From positions 960,001 to 1,024,000 of the forward strand of contig OZ244717.1 of NCBI GenBank assembly GCA_965218975.1: a DNA stretch of 64,000 nucleotides, read 5' to 3'. The notes beneath the pieces were generated by a model. The model saw only the letters and a list, made by a program, of their open reading frames with translations. It had not been told where the DNA came from and did not search any database. Position 1 is the first letter of the stretch. Each line of letters begins with the position of its first letter. This DNA is from Candidatus Oxydemutatoraceae bacterium. GTDB taxonomy: Bacteria; Pseudomonadota; Gammaproteobacteria; Poriferisulfidales; Oxydemutatoraceae. This document shows positions 39,368 through 48,799 of this stretch, piece after piece. The translations under genes and the position numbers were made by a program.

Positions 39368-40828
39368 TGTACGATGCCACTCTAAATGGGATTTTTGAAG
39401 GGCTTCGGGGGAAGCGTTCGGCAGTAACATTCGGATCGGTGCTTTCTGTCCGTTGCCGGCATGAGGACGGTGCAGGGTGAGACGCGCCCGGAAAACCAAT
39501 TGGTTTTCAGCGGTGAACGACCCGACAAGGACGTCGGGGCTGGGGCTTGTTGACAGAACCCAGTCGCGTCATGGATGACAGGCACCTTGCTGACAATCCG
39601 GCACAATCCGCCGACAACACACTAACAAACATAAAACGGTTTCATAACTGGTCATTGAATGCTTCCGTATCGGCGAATAGCAGGTCTTCTGCATGATTGA
39701 TACAATCTTCTTGGACGGTGCGGTTGAAGCACTTGATGTGCGTGTTTATTTTTGGACACTTGGGATAGGTCAGTCACTGCTCAATCATGGGTGATTCCCG
39801 GATGAGCCGGGCAAACTGTCCTTGAAACTCACTCCCGCCGTCCGTCAGGGTGAGACGCGCCCGGAAAACCGATCGGTTTTCAGCGGCGAACAACCCGACA
39901 AGGATGTCGGGGCTGGGGTTCATTCGCAGAACCAAGTCTCGTCATGGGTGAGACGCGCCCGGAAAACCAATTGGTTTTCATCGGTGAACGACCCGACAAG
40001 GACATCGAGGCTGGAGCTTGTTGACAGAACTCAGTCGCGTCATGGATGACAGGCACTTTACCGACAATCCGGCACAATCCGCCGACAACACGCCAGCAAA
40101 CACAAAATGGTTTCATCAGTTCAAAGACTTTACTGTTGCCGAAATTCTGCTAGGCGCAGGGTGAGACGCGCCCGGAAAACCAATTGGTTTTCAGCGGTGA
40201 ACGACCCGACAAGGACGTCGGGGCTGGAGCTTGTTGACAGAACCCAGTCGCGTTATGGATGACAGGCACCTTGCTGACAATCCGGCACAATCCGCCGACA
40301 ACACACCAACAAACATAAAACGGTTTCATCAGCTCAAAGACTTTACTGCTGCCGAAATTCTGCCAGGCGCAGGGTGAGACGTGCCCGGAAAACCAATTGG
40401 TTTTCAGTGGCGAACGACCCGACAAGGACGTCGAGGCTGGATCTTGTTGACAGAACTCAGTCGCGTCATGGATGACAGGCACTTTGCCGACAATCCGGCA
40501 CAATCCGCCGACAATCTGGCAACAAGCGCAAAACGGTTTCGTGCTGAATCGGTTGCGGTCAGGTCCGCTGGCGCCTCTTACGCGGCGCTTTGCCGCGATC
40601 ATGTAAGGCGCTGAGGCCAGTGCGGCGATAACGCCGCCGCCAGCGGTACAAAGTACTGCGACCGATCTTGAATGCGTTCGGGAGTTACAACCCTCCCAAA
40701 ATGAGGGCATCATATTTCTGTTGAAGATTAGAGCGCTCATGAGCCTCTATTTTTGAAGCAAAATTGGCTCATATAGAAACCTTTGATGCGGTGGCCGATG
40801 TGTTGATATTGCATAGTTGATATTGCAT
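39368..40828 (-). pseudogene. Fragmented IS481-like transposase (HTH + integrase core)
   Basis: Colinear minus-strand fragments: MQYQHIGHRIKGFY; HTH AFKIGRSTLYRWRRRYRRTGLSALHDRGKAPRKRRQRT*; WQNFGSSKVFELMKPF; core LTDGGSEFQGQF...*LTYPKCPKINTHIKCFNRTVQED...LLFADTEAFNDQL; C-terminal LHRPHAGNGQKAP...HLEWHRT. Contains stops, frameshifts and a degraded ERFNRT-type motif. Confidence 0.8.
39473..40542 (+). repeat. Five copies of a ~173-bp structured repeat (39473-39645, 39846-39946 truncated, ~39946-40116, 40157-40329, 40370-40542)
   Basis: Unit starts CAGGGTGAGACGCGCCCGGAAAACC and ends AAA(C/T)GGTTTC(A/G)T. The last copies are spaced 213 bp apart with a duplicated 40-bp linker. Contains palindrome GAAAACCAATTGGTTTTC and hairpins CCCGACAAGGACGTCGGG and GTCATGGATGAC. 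Confidence 0.95.
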
Positions 40829-40829
40829 A
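40802..40829. repeat. Perfect 14-bp tandem duplication at the transposase start codon
   Basis: GTTGATATTGCATA twice (40802-40815, 40816-40829). Confidence 0.9.
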
Positions 40830-41042
40830 TCGGTCACCTTTTTGAGTAAGCCGTGAGTCCCATATGTATCTGGCACTATACATTAAATATCGTTTCAGAC
40901 GGTACGAGTATATTGTTTTCCGTTAATTTTTTTATCCAAAGTAATGCAGGAGATCTCCCCCGCAGGAGAGAACCCTACGGGGTGAATGAAGATGCGGCTG
41001 TCGCCACAATGTGATGGTTTTAGATGACTGCTATAAGCAATC

Positions 41043-41231
41043 TCAGTGCATTGAAAGGATTACGTTGGTGTATAAACCAACCGCCGATATGATCAGCAAG
41101 CTCATGCCGACAAACAGTCCGACAACCCATTTGATGATATCGTTCTTAATTTCAAGAAGCTTTTGATCAAGCCGGTCTTCAATTGAATGGAGTTCTCGTT
41201 GAAGCTCTTCTCTAGTAATTTCTATTGTCGT
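41043..41231 (-). pseudogene. Small coiled-coil + C-terminal TM protein (DUF1640/CCDC90-like) lacking a canonical start codon
   Basis: 62 sense codons, TTIEITREELQRELHSIEDRLDQKLLEIKNDIIKWVVGLFVGMSLLIISAVGLYTNVILSMH*. Preceded by AAGGAG, but the candidate first codons are ACG or ATA, with an in-frame TAA just upstream. Confidence 0.6.
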
Positions 41232-41346
41232 GTTCTCCTTTAGTTACGAGGAGACCTACCACCGGGGTAAGCCCCCTGCGAGTTCAGCATCATGAGACGC
41301 CGACCGTAACCGGTATGAGCATCAGTTGCCTCAAAATATTGAGATA

Positions 41347-41375
41347 AGAATGGCATCGTTAAAGTAACTTGTCAA
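41347..41375 (-). promoter_or_regulatory. Candidate sigma70 promoter facing the small coiled-coil/TM ORF
   Basis: Minus strand TTGACA-17 bp-CATTCT with TG at the extended -10 position. Confidence 0.4.
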
Positions 41376-41632
41376 GCAAAATTATGCTCCCGCGGGAGCA
41401 CCTAAGATATAAGTAATGCAGGGCGTTAAAAATTGCTATTCTCGTCAATGAGAGAATGAACAGAAACCGGTCCGTATGATTTTCGATTTTCATGGAAGCG
41501 GCAGTCGAGGGAATGGGAATAATTCACGCTGGAAAATAAAAATGCCGGTGCGGCATGTGCCCCTTACACTTTTACTTGTAAGTGGATATGATGGTGTTAT
41601 CGGTAAAGCAGCAGCTGATAAAAAAGACACTT

Positions 41633-42301
41633 ATGAGAATTATATTGCTGGGAGCGCCCGGTGTCGGCAAAGGCACGCAGGCTCAATTCATTTCGCAGAC
41701 ATTTCGTATCCCGCAAATTTCCACTGGCGACATGTTGCGCGAAGCTGCGCATGGCACTGACAAGTTGGGTATGCGCGTGCAAAAAATTATGCGCGATGGG
41801 CAGTTGGTTCCCGATAGCATCGTAATTGATTTGGTGGAACAACGCTTGCAGAAGAGCGATTGCAAATCAGGCTTTCTACTTGACGGATTTCCCCGCACCA
41901 TCGCTCAAGCCTATGCACTTGACGAACGCGGTATCGAAGTGGACTATGTGATTGAGATTCGGCTAGCGGATGATGAGATCATACGGCGTTTGAGCGGTAG
42001 AAGATTCCATCCGGCATCCGGCCGCACTTACCACATAGAATTTAATCCGCCGCGTCGCCTCGGAATGGATGATGTGACCGGCGAAGCTCTCGTTCAACGC
42101 GATGATGACCGTGAAGATACTATCAAGCGGCGGTTAGCGGTTTATTATCACGCAACCGCTGAGCTCATCGCTTATTATCGGGAATACTCCAAGCAACATG
42201 GTGCGCGCTACGTTGCGGTTGAGGGCAATCGCGAGATTCAGGTCATACAGGTAGATATTGCGCGGCAGTTGCAAACGAGTGATAGTAATTCGCAGAAATG
42301 A
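41633..42301 (+). CDS. adk: Adenylate kinase
   Basis: [47 protein letters not shown]. Start ATG 41633. Confidence 0.97.
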   Translation: MRIILLGAPGVGKGTQAQFISQTFRIPQISTGDMLREAAHGTDKLGMRVQKIMRDGQLVPDSIVIDLVEQRLQKSDCKSGFLLDGFPRTIAQAYALDERGIEVDYVIEIRLADDEIIRRLSGRRFHPASGRTYHIEFNPPRRLGMDDVTGEALVQRDDDREDTIKRRLAVYYHATAELIAYYREYSKQHGARYVAVEGNREIQVIQVDIARQLQTSDSNSQK

Positions 42302-43305
42302 GCTATAAAGTTTATTTTAGACACAGTGACAAAGTCGCGACGGTTGAATCCGGCGAATCTATTTTAGCGGCGTCGATTCGCGCCGGGCTGCATATTAATT
42401 ACGGTTGCAGTAACGGGAATTGCGGTCTGTGCTCGGCGCGTCTGATTGCCGGTGAGATAAGCCGAATTCAGTATCATGACCATCACTTTAGCGCGGCGGA
42501 GAAGATTAAGGATTATTTTTTGATGTGTTCCAATACTGCCGTCAGCGATATCATTATCCACACTGATATCGCCGATACGGCGACACAGTTGGAGGTGCGT
42601 TCTTTCCCTACCAAAGTACGCTCACTCAAGCAATTAAATGACACCGTAAGCTTATTAGTTTTACAATCTCCACGCAGTCAGCGTTTGCGCTTTTTTGCCG
42701 GTCAATACGCACGTTTGCAAGCAGGTGCCGGCGGTGAATTTTCGATTGCCAGCTGTCCCTGCGATGAACGACGTCTGGAATTTCACATTCCGTATCATAA
42801 GCATCCGTTTTGTCAATATATTTTTAACCATTGCGCTATCGGGGAAACTTTGCAAGTTACTGCGCCGTACGGCGAATTCGTTTTCACCGAAGATTTAAAT
42901 CGACCGATTGTTCTGATCGGGTTCGGTGTCGGCTTCGCATCGATTAAGAGTTTGTTTGAACATATCATCGCACAAGAATCCGAAACCCCGTTAAAGCTAT
43001 ATCAAGTGAATACGCCGGGCGGACATTATCTTGCAAATTTATGCCGATCGTGGAACGACAGTTTAGATCAAGTCGAGTATTATCCGATAGATCTTAAGTT
43101 TGACTTCAATGCCGATGACGGACAAGCAGTGGCACAGTGTGTGAATGAGATTGCTTGCGCGCAACTTGATGCATTGCCGGTTGCCGATGTTTACTGTTGC
43201 GCTCCTGCCGCCGCTCATACCGCAATTAAGCGGGTATGGGCAAAGTTTCCGACACCGGAATGGCGATTGCTTTACGAACCGATTCGCGACCGAAGTATGC
43301 CGTGA
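42298..43305 (+). CDS. 2Fe-2S ferredoxin / FAD-NAD(P)H oxidoreductase (CDP-6-deoxy-delta-3,4-glucoseen reductase-like)
   Basis: [11 protein letters not shown]...LMC 2Fe-2S motif; [27 protein letters not shown]. Confidence 0.85.
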   Translation: MSYKVYFRHSDKVATVESGESILAASIRAGLHINYGCSNGNCGLCSARLIAGEISRIQYHDHHFSAAEKIKDYFLMCSNTAVSDIIIHTDIADTATQLEVRSFPTKVRSLKQLNDTVSLLVLQSPRSQRLRFFAGQYARLQAGAGGEFSIASCPCDERRLEFHIPYHKHPFCQYIFNHCAIGETLQVTAPYGEFVFTEDLNRPIVLIGFGVGFASIKSLFEHIIAQESETPLKLYQVNTPGGHYLANLCRSWNDSLDQVEYYPIDLKFDFNADDGQAVAQCVNEIACAQLDALPVADVYCCAPAAAHTAIKRVWAKFPTPEWRLLYEPIRDRSMP

Positions 43306-43382
43306 AACTGTTACAATATATTAACAATGGCTATTTTACTTAAGGAACGGACAATCATTCCAATCGGGGTGATCAATTAGTT

Positions 43383-44597
43383 TTGAATATTTTCCCTACG
43401 CATAATACACGTGTTGTTTCGGGTATGCGTCCCACGGGGGCTTTACATCTCGGGCATTATCACGGCGTGCTAAAAAATTGGTTGAAACTACAAGACTTGC
43501 ATGAATGCTTCTTTTTCGTCGCCGATTTACATGCCATGACCACGCACTACGGCAAAGCTGATCGGTTTGAAGCGAATGTATTTGATATGGTGGTAGATTG
43601 GCTTGCTTGCGGTATCAATCCCGGTGCATCCACTTTGTTTGTTCAATCACGTATCGTCGAACATGTCGAGCTGCATTTATTGTTGTCAATGATTACTCCG
43701 AAAAGTTGGTTAGAGCGTGTGCCAAGCTATAAAGATATGCAGGAAAAGTTGACGGACGATCTGACAACCTATGGCTTTTTAGGTTATCCCTTGCTACAGT
43801 CGGCGGACATTTTAATTTATAAAGCCAGCTTAGTGCCGGTCGGTGAAGATCAAATGTCGCACATTGAGCTAACTCGCGAAGTTGCCAGACGGTTTAATTA
43901 TATTTTTGGGCGCGAAGAAAATTTCCTTGAAAAAATTGAGGTGGCGCTAAACAAAATGGGTAAAAAAAACGCAAAGTTGTATCAAGATCATAGGAAAAAA
44001 TTCCAAGAAAAGGGTGATGTTGAAGCATTTTCAGCCGCATGCGCATTAGTGAATGCCCAGCAAAATACTTCAATCGGCGATGCCGAGCGACTGATCGGCT
44101 ATCTTGATGGTTCCGGCAGAGTCCTTTTGCCGGAACCGCAAGCTTTGTTGACGGATGCGGCAAAAATTCCCGGCACCGATGGTGAGAAAATGTCCAAATC
44201 GTATAATAATACGATCACTTTGCGTGAATCCGATGAATCCATCGAGAAAAAAATTCGCGCGATGGTGACTGATCCGGCAAGAGCGAGGCGTGTTGATCCG
44301 GGCGACCCTGAAAAATGCCCGGTTTGGCAGTTGCATCATATATACTCTAACGATGCGGTAAAAAGCTGGGTTGTAGAAGGATGCAAAAGCGCCGGTATCG
44401 GTTGCGTTGAATGCAAGCAGCCGGTGATTGACTCAATGAAAGCGGAGATCGGGCCGATTCGTCAACAGGCGTTAGAATATGCGCGGGACAAGCAGACCAT
44501 CCACAAAATTATTTTGGAGGGCAATGAGGCAGCGCGCGAAGTCGCAGGTGAGACTTTGACTGAATTGCGCCAAGTAATGGGTTTGTTATACTATTGA
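43383..44597 (+). CDS. trpS: Tryptophan--tRNA ligase
   Basis: SGMRPTGALHLGHY, YPLLQSADIL, VPVGEDQ..H.EL.RE.ARRFN, KMSKS. Confidence 0.96.
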   Translation: MNIFPTHNTRVVSGMRPTGALHLGHYHGVLKNWLKLQDLHECFFFVADLHAMTTHYGKADRFEANVFDMVVDWLACGINPGASTLFVQSRIVEHVELHLLLSMITPKSWLERVPSYKDMQEKLTDDLTTYGFLGYPLLQSADILIYKASLVPVGEDQMSHIELTREVARRFNYIFGREENFLEKIEVALNKMGKKNAKLYQDHRKKFQEKGDVEAFSAACALVNAQQNTSIGDAERLIGYLDGSGRVLLPEPQALLTDAAKIPGTDGEKMSKSYNNTITLRESDESIEKKIRAMVTDPARARRVDPGDPEKCPVWQLHHIYSNDAVKSWVVEGCKSAGIGCVECKQPVIDSMKAEIGPIRQQALEYARDKQTIHKIILEGNEAAREVAGETLTELRQVMGLLYY

Positions 44598-45403
44598 TGG
44601 AACAAGAGCAAGCAACAACGGAACGAGTCGAACGGCAAGCTTTTGCCGTTGTCGAAGGTCGTTTTTTGCACAGCGCTCCTGAGGACTTGTACATTCCCCC
44701 GAACGCATTGTACGTTTTTCTTGAAGCGTTTGAAGGACCGCTCGACTTATTGCTGTATTTAATCAAGAGGCAAAACATTGACATCCTAAAGTTGCCGATC
44801 ACACCCATCACCGAACAATATATTCAATATATTGAAATGATGCGTGAGTTTCACTTGGAGATTGCCGCGGAGTATCTGGCGATGGCGGCGCTACTCGCTG
44901 AAATTAAGTCGCGGATGTTGCTGCCGCAACCGCGGCAAGACGAAGACGAGAAAGATCCGCGTGCCGAGTTGATTCGTCGTCTACTGGAGTATCAGCGATT
45001 CAAGCAAGCGGCCGACTCGATCGGAGTCATGCAGCGTATGGAGAAAGACACGTTTGAGGTTGGCGCCGACACATCCGATTTGCTTGTTGAAAAAGTATAC
45101 CCGGAAGTTAAGTTAGAAACGATCCTGATGGCGTTCCAAGATGCTTTGCGCAAGGCTGATTTATATCGCAGCCATCATATTAAACGTGAGCCATTGTCGA
45201 TACGTGAGCGTATGACAATCATTTTGTCATTGGTTTCCACCACCGAACTGATTCCGTTCAGTCAATGCTTTATGTCTGAAGAAGGGCGTAGCGGTATTGT
45301 CGTCAGTTTGCTTTCTTTACTTGAGATGCTACGTTCCGGTATCATTGAAGTAGTACAAACCGAATCTTACGGGCAGATTTACTTGCGCGCGTCATCGGCA
45401 TAA
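44597..45403 (+). CDS. scpA: Segregation and condensation protein A
   Basis: DLYIPP.AL.VFLEAFEGPLDLLLYLI, AAEYL.MAA.L.EIKSRMLLP, DPRAELIRRL.EY. Confidence 0.95.
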   Translation: MEQEQATTERVERQAFAVVEGRFLHSAPEDLYIPPNALYVFLEAFEGPLDLLLYLIKRQNIDILKLPITPITEQYIQYIEMMREFHLEIAAEYLAMAALLAEIKSRMLLPQPRQDEDEKDPRAELIRRLLEYQRFKQAADSIGVMQRMEKDTFEVGADTSDLLVEKVYPEVKLETILMAFQDALRKADLYRSHHIKREPLSIRERMTIILSLVSTTELIPFSQCFMSEEGRSGIVVSLLSLLEMLRSGIIEVVQTESYGQIYLRASSA

Positions 45404-46087
45404 TTGAATAGTTTAATGATGGATAGCGTAATGATCAGACAAGCGGTTGAAGCACTATTGCTTGCAACCAAATGTCCGCTTGCGGTTCGGGATTTGGCGC
45501 AACTTTTGACGCACAACAATAATCAACCGTCCGTGCGACAAATTGAGTCGGCAATCAAAGAATTGCATGATGAGTGCTCAGATCGCGGCATTGAATTGAC
45601 TGAAGTCGCATCAGGTTATCGCTATCAAACTCGTCCTTCATTTGCGCCATGGGTGGCAAAACTCTGGGAGGAAAGACCGCCACGCTATTCGCGAGCATTA
45701 CTTGAAACATTGGCTCTGATCGCTTATCGTCAACCGATCACTCGCGCCAAAATTGAAGAGGTGCGTGGAGTTGCAGTGAGCAGTAGCATTATTCAATTGT
45801 TGGAGGAGCGCCATTGGGTTAAAACTTTGGGGCGCAAAGAAACTCCCGGCAGACCGCTTCTGTACGGCACGACCAAAGCATTCCTTGATTATTTCAACCT
45901 ACGTTCGCTTGATGAGTTGCCGGCGTTGATGGATTTGGAAAAAGTGGCGCAACTGTATCCCGAGCTGAATGTTTCAGGTTCTAGGCTTACTAAGACTTCA
46001 GACGGCTCTGCGGATGGCATCTCTAAAGAGAGTGATCACGGGGGAGATACGAATGTCGCCGAAGCAACCGATATCGGTGAACATTAA
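45404..46087 (+). CDS. scpB: Segregation and condensation protein B
   Basis: EVASGYR, SRALLETLALIAYRQPITR..IEEVRGV, PGRP.LYGTT..FLDYF. The true start may be a nearby downstream ATG. Confidence 0.95.
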   Translation: MNSLMMDSVMIRQAVEALLLATKCPLAVRDLAQLLTHNNNQPSVRQIESAIKELHDECSDRGIELTEVASGYRYQTRPSFAPWVAKLWEERPPRYSRALLETLALIAYRQPITRAKIEEVRGVAVSSSIIQLLEERHWVKTLGRKETPGRPLLYGTTKAFLDYFNLRSLDELPALMDLEKVAQLYPELNVSGSRLTKTSDGSADGISKESDHGGDTNVAEATDIGEH

Positions 46088-46902
46088 TGTCAAGCGTCAG
46101 TCATAAACATAGATCGGAAGTATTTTTGGAACCGGAGCGCATCCAAAAACTTTTAGCCGGACACGGATTAGGTTCGCGGCGTGAGATTGAGTTATTAATT
46201 GCCGAAGGTCGAGTGCAAGTCAACGGGCATACCGTACGCCTAGGCGATAAAGCAACTTCGGTTGACGAGATATTGATTGATCAAAAAAGAGTGAGTGTTC
46301 GCCGACAGATTATATCTTGCGCACTGCTATATCATAAACCTTGCAGTATGTTGGTTACTCGTAAAGACCCGCGAAAACGCCCGACCGTGTTCTCAATGTT
46401 GCCTAAACCGTTACAAGGCCGGTGGGTCGCAGTCGGACGACTTGACTGTAATACATCCGGGTTACTAATTGTTTGCAATGATGGTGAGTTGGTAGCTAGG
46501 ATGATGCATCCGTCATATCGGCTTGAGCGTGAATATCGCGTACGTGTTTACGGTCACGTGACCAAACGCATTTTGCACAATCTTCGTGAAGGTGTATTGC
46601 TGGGTGGGCGATATGCGAAATTTGACATGGTGGAACCGTGTACCGCGACCGAAGTTCATGGAGTGAACCGTTGGTTTCGGGTCGTACTAAGCGAGGGGAG
46701 AAATCGTGAAGTGCGGCGCTTATGGCAGTCGCAAGGAATGGAAGTGAGTCGTTTGGAACGGACTCGTTTTTGTTTCCTACGGCTAGATACTTCGCTTGGA
46801 ACTTGGCGTTGGTTGACAGCAGACGAATTGACTCGGCTTTACCAACGAGTGAATTTGCCGGCCGCGCATTATTTAACTCGGATTGGAACGCAACGTAAAT
46901 GA
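46087..46902 (+). CDS. rluB: 23S rRNA pseudouridine synthase B
   Basis: S4 domain ERIQKLLA..GLGSRRE; GRWVAVGRLDCNTSGLL; REYRVRV; EGRNREVRRLW; follows scpAB. Confidence 0.9.
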   Translation: MSSVSHKHRSEVFLEPERIQKLLAGHGLGSRREIELLIAEGRVQVNGHTVRLGDKATSVDEILIDQKRVSVRRQIISCALLYHKPCSMLVTRKDPRKRPTVFSMLPKPLQGRWVAVGRLDCNTSGLLIVCNDGELVARMMHPSYRLEREYRVRVYGHVTKRILHNLREGVLLGGRYAKFDMVEPCTATEVHGVNRWFRVVLSEGRNREVRRLWQSQGMEVSRLERTRFCFLRLDTSLGTWRWLTADELTRLYQRVNLPAAHYLTRIGTQRK

Positions 46903-48737
46903 TGGCAGAGATGAAACAATTATCTTCGGCACATGGTGTGCGCATGAGCGGCGCCGATACGATCATACAGGTATTGGCGGATATGAACGTTGATACGATT
47001 TTCGGTTATAGCGGCGGGGCGATTTTACCGACTTATGACGCCATTTTTCGTTTTAATAAAAAACACGGCCGGGATTTAATCAATTTAGTGGTTCCGGCCA
47101 ACGAACAGGGTGCCGGTTTTATGGCGGCAGGTTATGCTCGTGCCAGCGGTCGGCCAGGTGTTGCGATGGTGACTTCAGGGCCGGGTGCTACAAACAGCGT
47201 TACGCCGGTACGTGATTGCATGGCGGACTCAATTCCGATTGTATTGATTTGCGGACAAGTGCCGGTCCATGCAATTGGCACCGACGCTTTTCAAGAAGCC
47301 CCGATTTTTAATATCATGGCGTCATGCGCCAAGCACGTATTTTTAGTGAAGGATCCGACACGGCTTGAAGCAACAGTGCGTAGCGCATTTGCGATTGCTA
47401 CTTCGGGTAGACCGGGGCCGGTTGTTGTGGATATTCCTAAGGATGTGCAAAACTGGGAGGGCGAATATCAAGGTCAGGGGATACTTGAATTGAGTGGATA
47501 TTGGGAGCGTATAAAACAGCGGCGGAATAATGTTCTAACTCCGCAATCGGCCGCTAAATTTTTCAGTTTGTTAAAACGCTCGCAGTATCCGTTGCTGTAT
47601 ATTGGCGGTGGTGCATTACATGCCGATGCGAGTGCTGATTTACGCAAATTTATTGACCGTTATCAAGTGCCGTTTGTAACGACCTTAATGGGAATCGGCG
47701 CGGTTGATACTACGCATCCGTTATGCTTGCATATGCTTGGCATGCACGGCACCGCGTATGCCAATTACGCGGTAGAGGACTGTGATTTGTTAATTGCGTT
47801 AGGCGCCCGATTCGATGATAGAGTTGCCGGGCAACCGCAAACTTTCGCGCCCAATGCAAAATCAATCCTGCATATTGATATTGACAGTGCTGAAATTGGT
47901 AAAGTTAAAGCAGTTCATTGGTCGCATCATGGCGATGCTGCCGAAACTTTGCGCCAACTAATGCGCTATGACGATGGTTTTGCTGCGGACTTTACTCAAT
48001 GGCATCGGCAGATTAAGCGATTAAAGACTAAGTATGCGTTGAATTATGATCGCGACAGCGATTTGGTGCAACCTTACTATGTAATGGAGCAACTCAAGGA
48101 ATTGACGCGCGGGGAAGCGATTATTACCACCGGGGTCGGACAGCATCAAATGTGGGCGGCGCAATACCTAGATTATCGTTCACCGCGCAGCTGGCTGACT
48201 TCAGGTTCGATGGGAACGATGGGGTTTGGCTTGCCGGCAGCAATCGGTGCACAATTTGCCCGGCCCGATAAAAAAGTATTTGATATTGATGGCGATGGTA
48301 GTTTGCGTATGAATTTTGGCGAGCTGGAAACAGTGACTACTTATAAACTGCCCATCAAGATATTATTGCTTAATAACCATGGAGATGGCATGGTGCGCCA
48401 GTGGCAAAAGCTATTTTTCAAACATCGTTTTTCAGGTAGCGATAAATCTCTACATCGCAAGGACTTTATTAAGGCTGCCGAGGCCGATGGGTTTTTATTT
48501 GCTAAACGGATAGAAAAAAAAGCCGATGTGGCGCCGATTCTCAAGGAATTTGTTGCAACCGATCAGCCGGCGTTTCTTGAAGTAATAATTGATAAAGATG
48601 CGGGCGTTTATCCGATGGTAAATCCCGGCACCGGTTACAAACAGATGATCACCGGCGATTATATTCCTAAACGCTCGCAGGATGATGAATTAGATGAGTT
48701 TAGAGAAAATCCGGTAAGTAGCCAGAATATGTTTTAG
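46899..48737 (+). CDS. ilvB: Biosynthetic acetolactate synthase large subunit
   Basis: FGYSGGAILP.YDA, EQGAGFMA.GYAR, TSGPGATN, IGTDAFQE, GVGQHQMWAAQ, GDGS...N, GMVRQWQ. Confidence 0.9.
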   Translation: MMAEMKQLSSAHGVRMSGADTIIQVLADMNVDTIFGYSGGAILPTYDAIFRFNKKHGRDLINLVVPANEQGAGFMAAGYARASGRPGVAMVTSGPGATNSVTPVRDCMADSIPIVLICGQVPVHAIGTDAFQEAPIFNIMASCAKHVFLVKDPTRLEATVRSAFAIATSGRPGPVVVDIPKDVQNWEGEYQGQGILELSGYWERIKQRRNNVLTPQSAAKFFSLLKRSQYPLLYIGGGALHADASADLRKFIDRYQVPFVTTLMGIGAVDTTHPLCLHMLGMHGTAYANYAVEDCDLLIALGARFDDRVAGQPQTFAPNAKSILHIDIDSAEIGKVKAVHWSHHGDAAETLRQLMRYDDGFAADFTQWHRQIKRLKTKYALNYDRDSDLVQPYYVMEQLKELTRGEAIITTGVGQHQMWAAQYLDYRSPRSWLTSGSMGTMGFGLPAAIGAQFARPDKKVFDIDGDGSLRMNFGELETVTTYKLPIKILLLNNHGDGMVRQWQKLFFKHRFSGSDKSLHRKDFIKAAEADGFLFAKRIEKKADVAPILKEFVATDQPAFLEVIIDKDAGVYPMVNPGTGYKQMITGDYIPKRSQDDELDEFRENPVSSQNMF

Positions 48738-48799
48738 CGCAACCACGGGTTCTTTATAATTATTAAAACCCGTTAAGAAAAAGACAGGAGAAATATGCA

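Larger units (their letters stand above)
39368..40882 (-). mobile_element. Decayed IS481-family-like insertion sequence
   Basis: Imperfect terminal inverted repeats beginning TGT: TGTACGATGCCACTCTAAATGGGA at 39368 and, on the minus strand from 40882, TGTATAGTGCCAGATACATATGGGA. Encloses transposase fragments. No target-site duplication seen. Confidence 0.7.

Noticed and set aside
39473-40542. CRISPR array
   Set aside because: Repeats are ~173 bp, the intervening pieces are 0, 40, 40 and ~200 bp (two are duplicates), and there are no cas genes in the window.
39311-40740. ORF-track proteins such as 40150..40740, 39880..40116, 39382..39606 and 39822..40049
   Set aside because: Chance read-through of the repeat units and out-of-frame transposase fragments; not credible independent genes.
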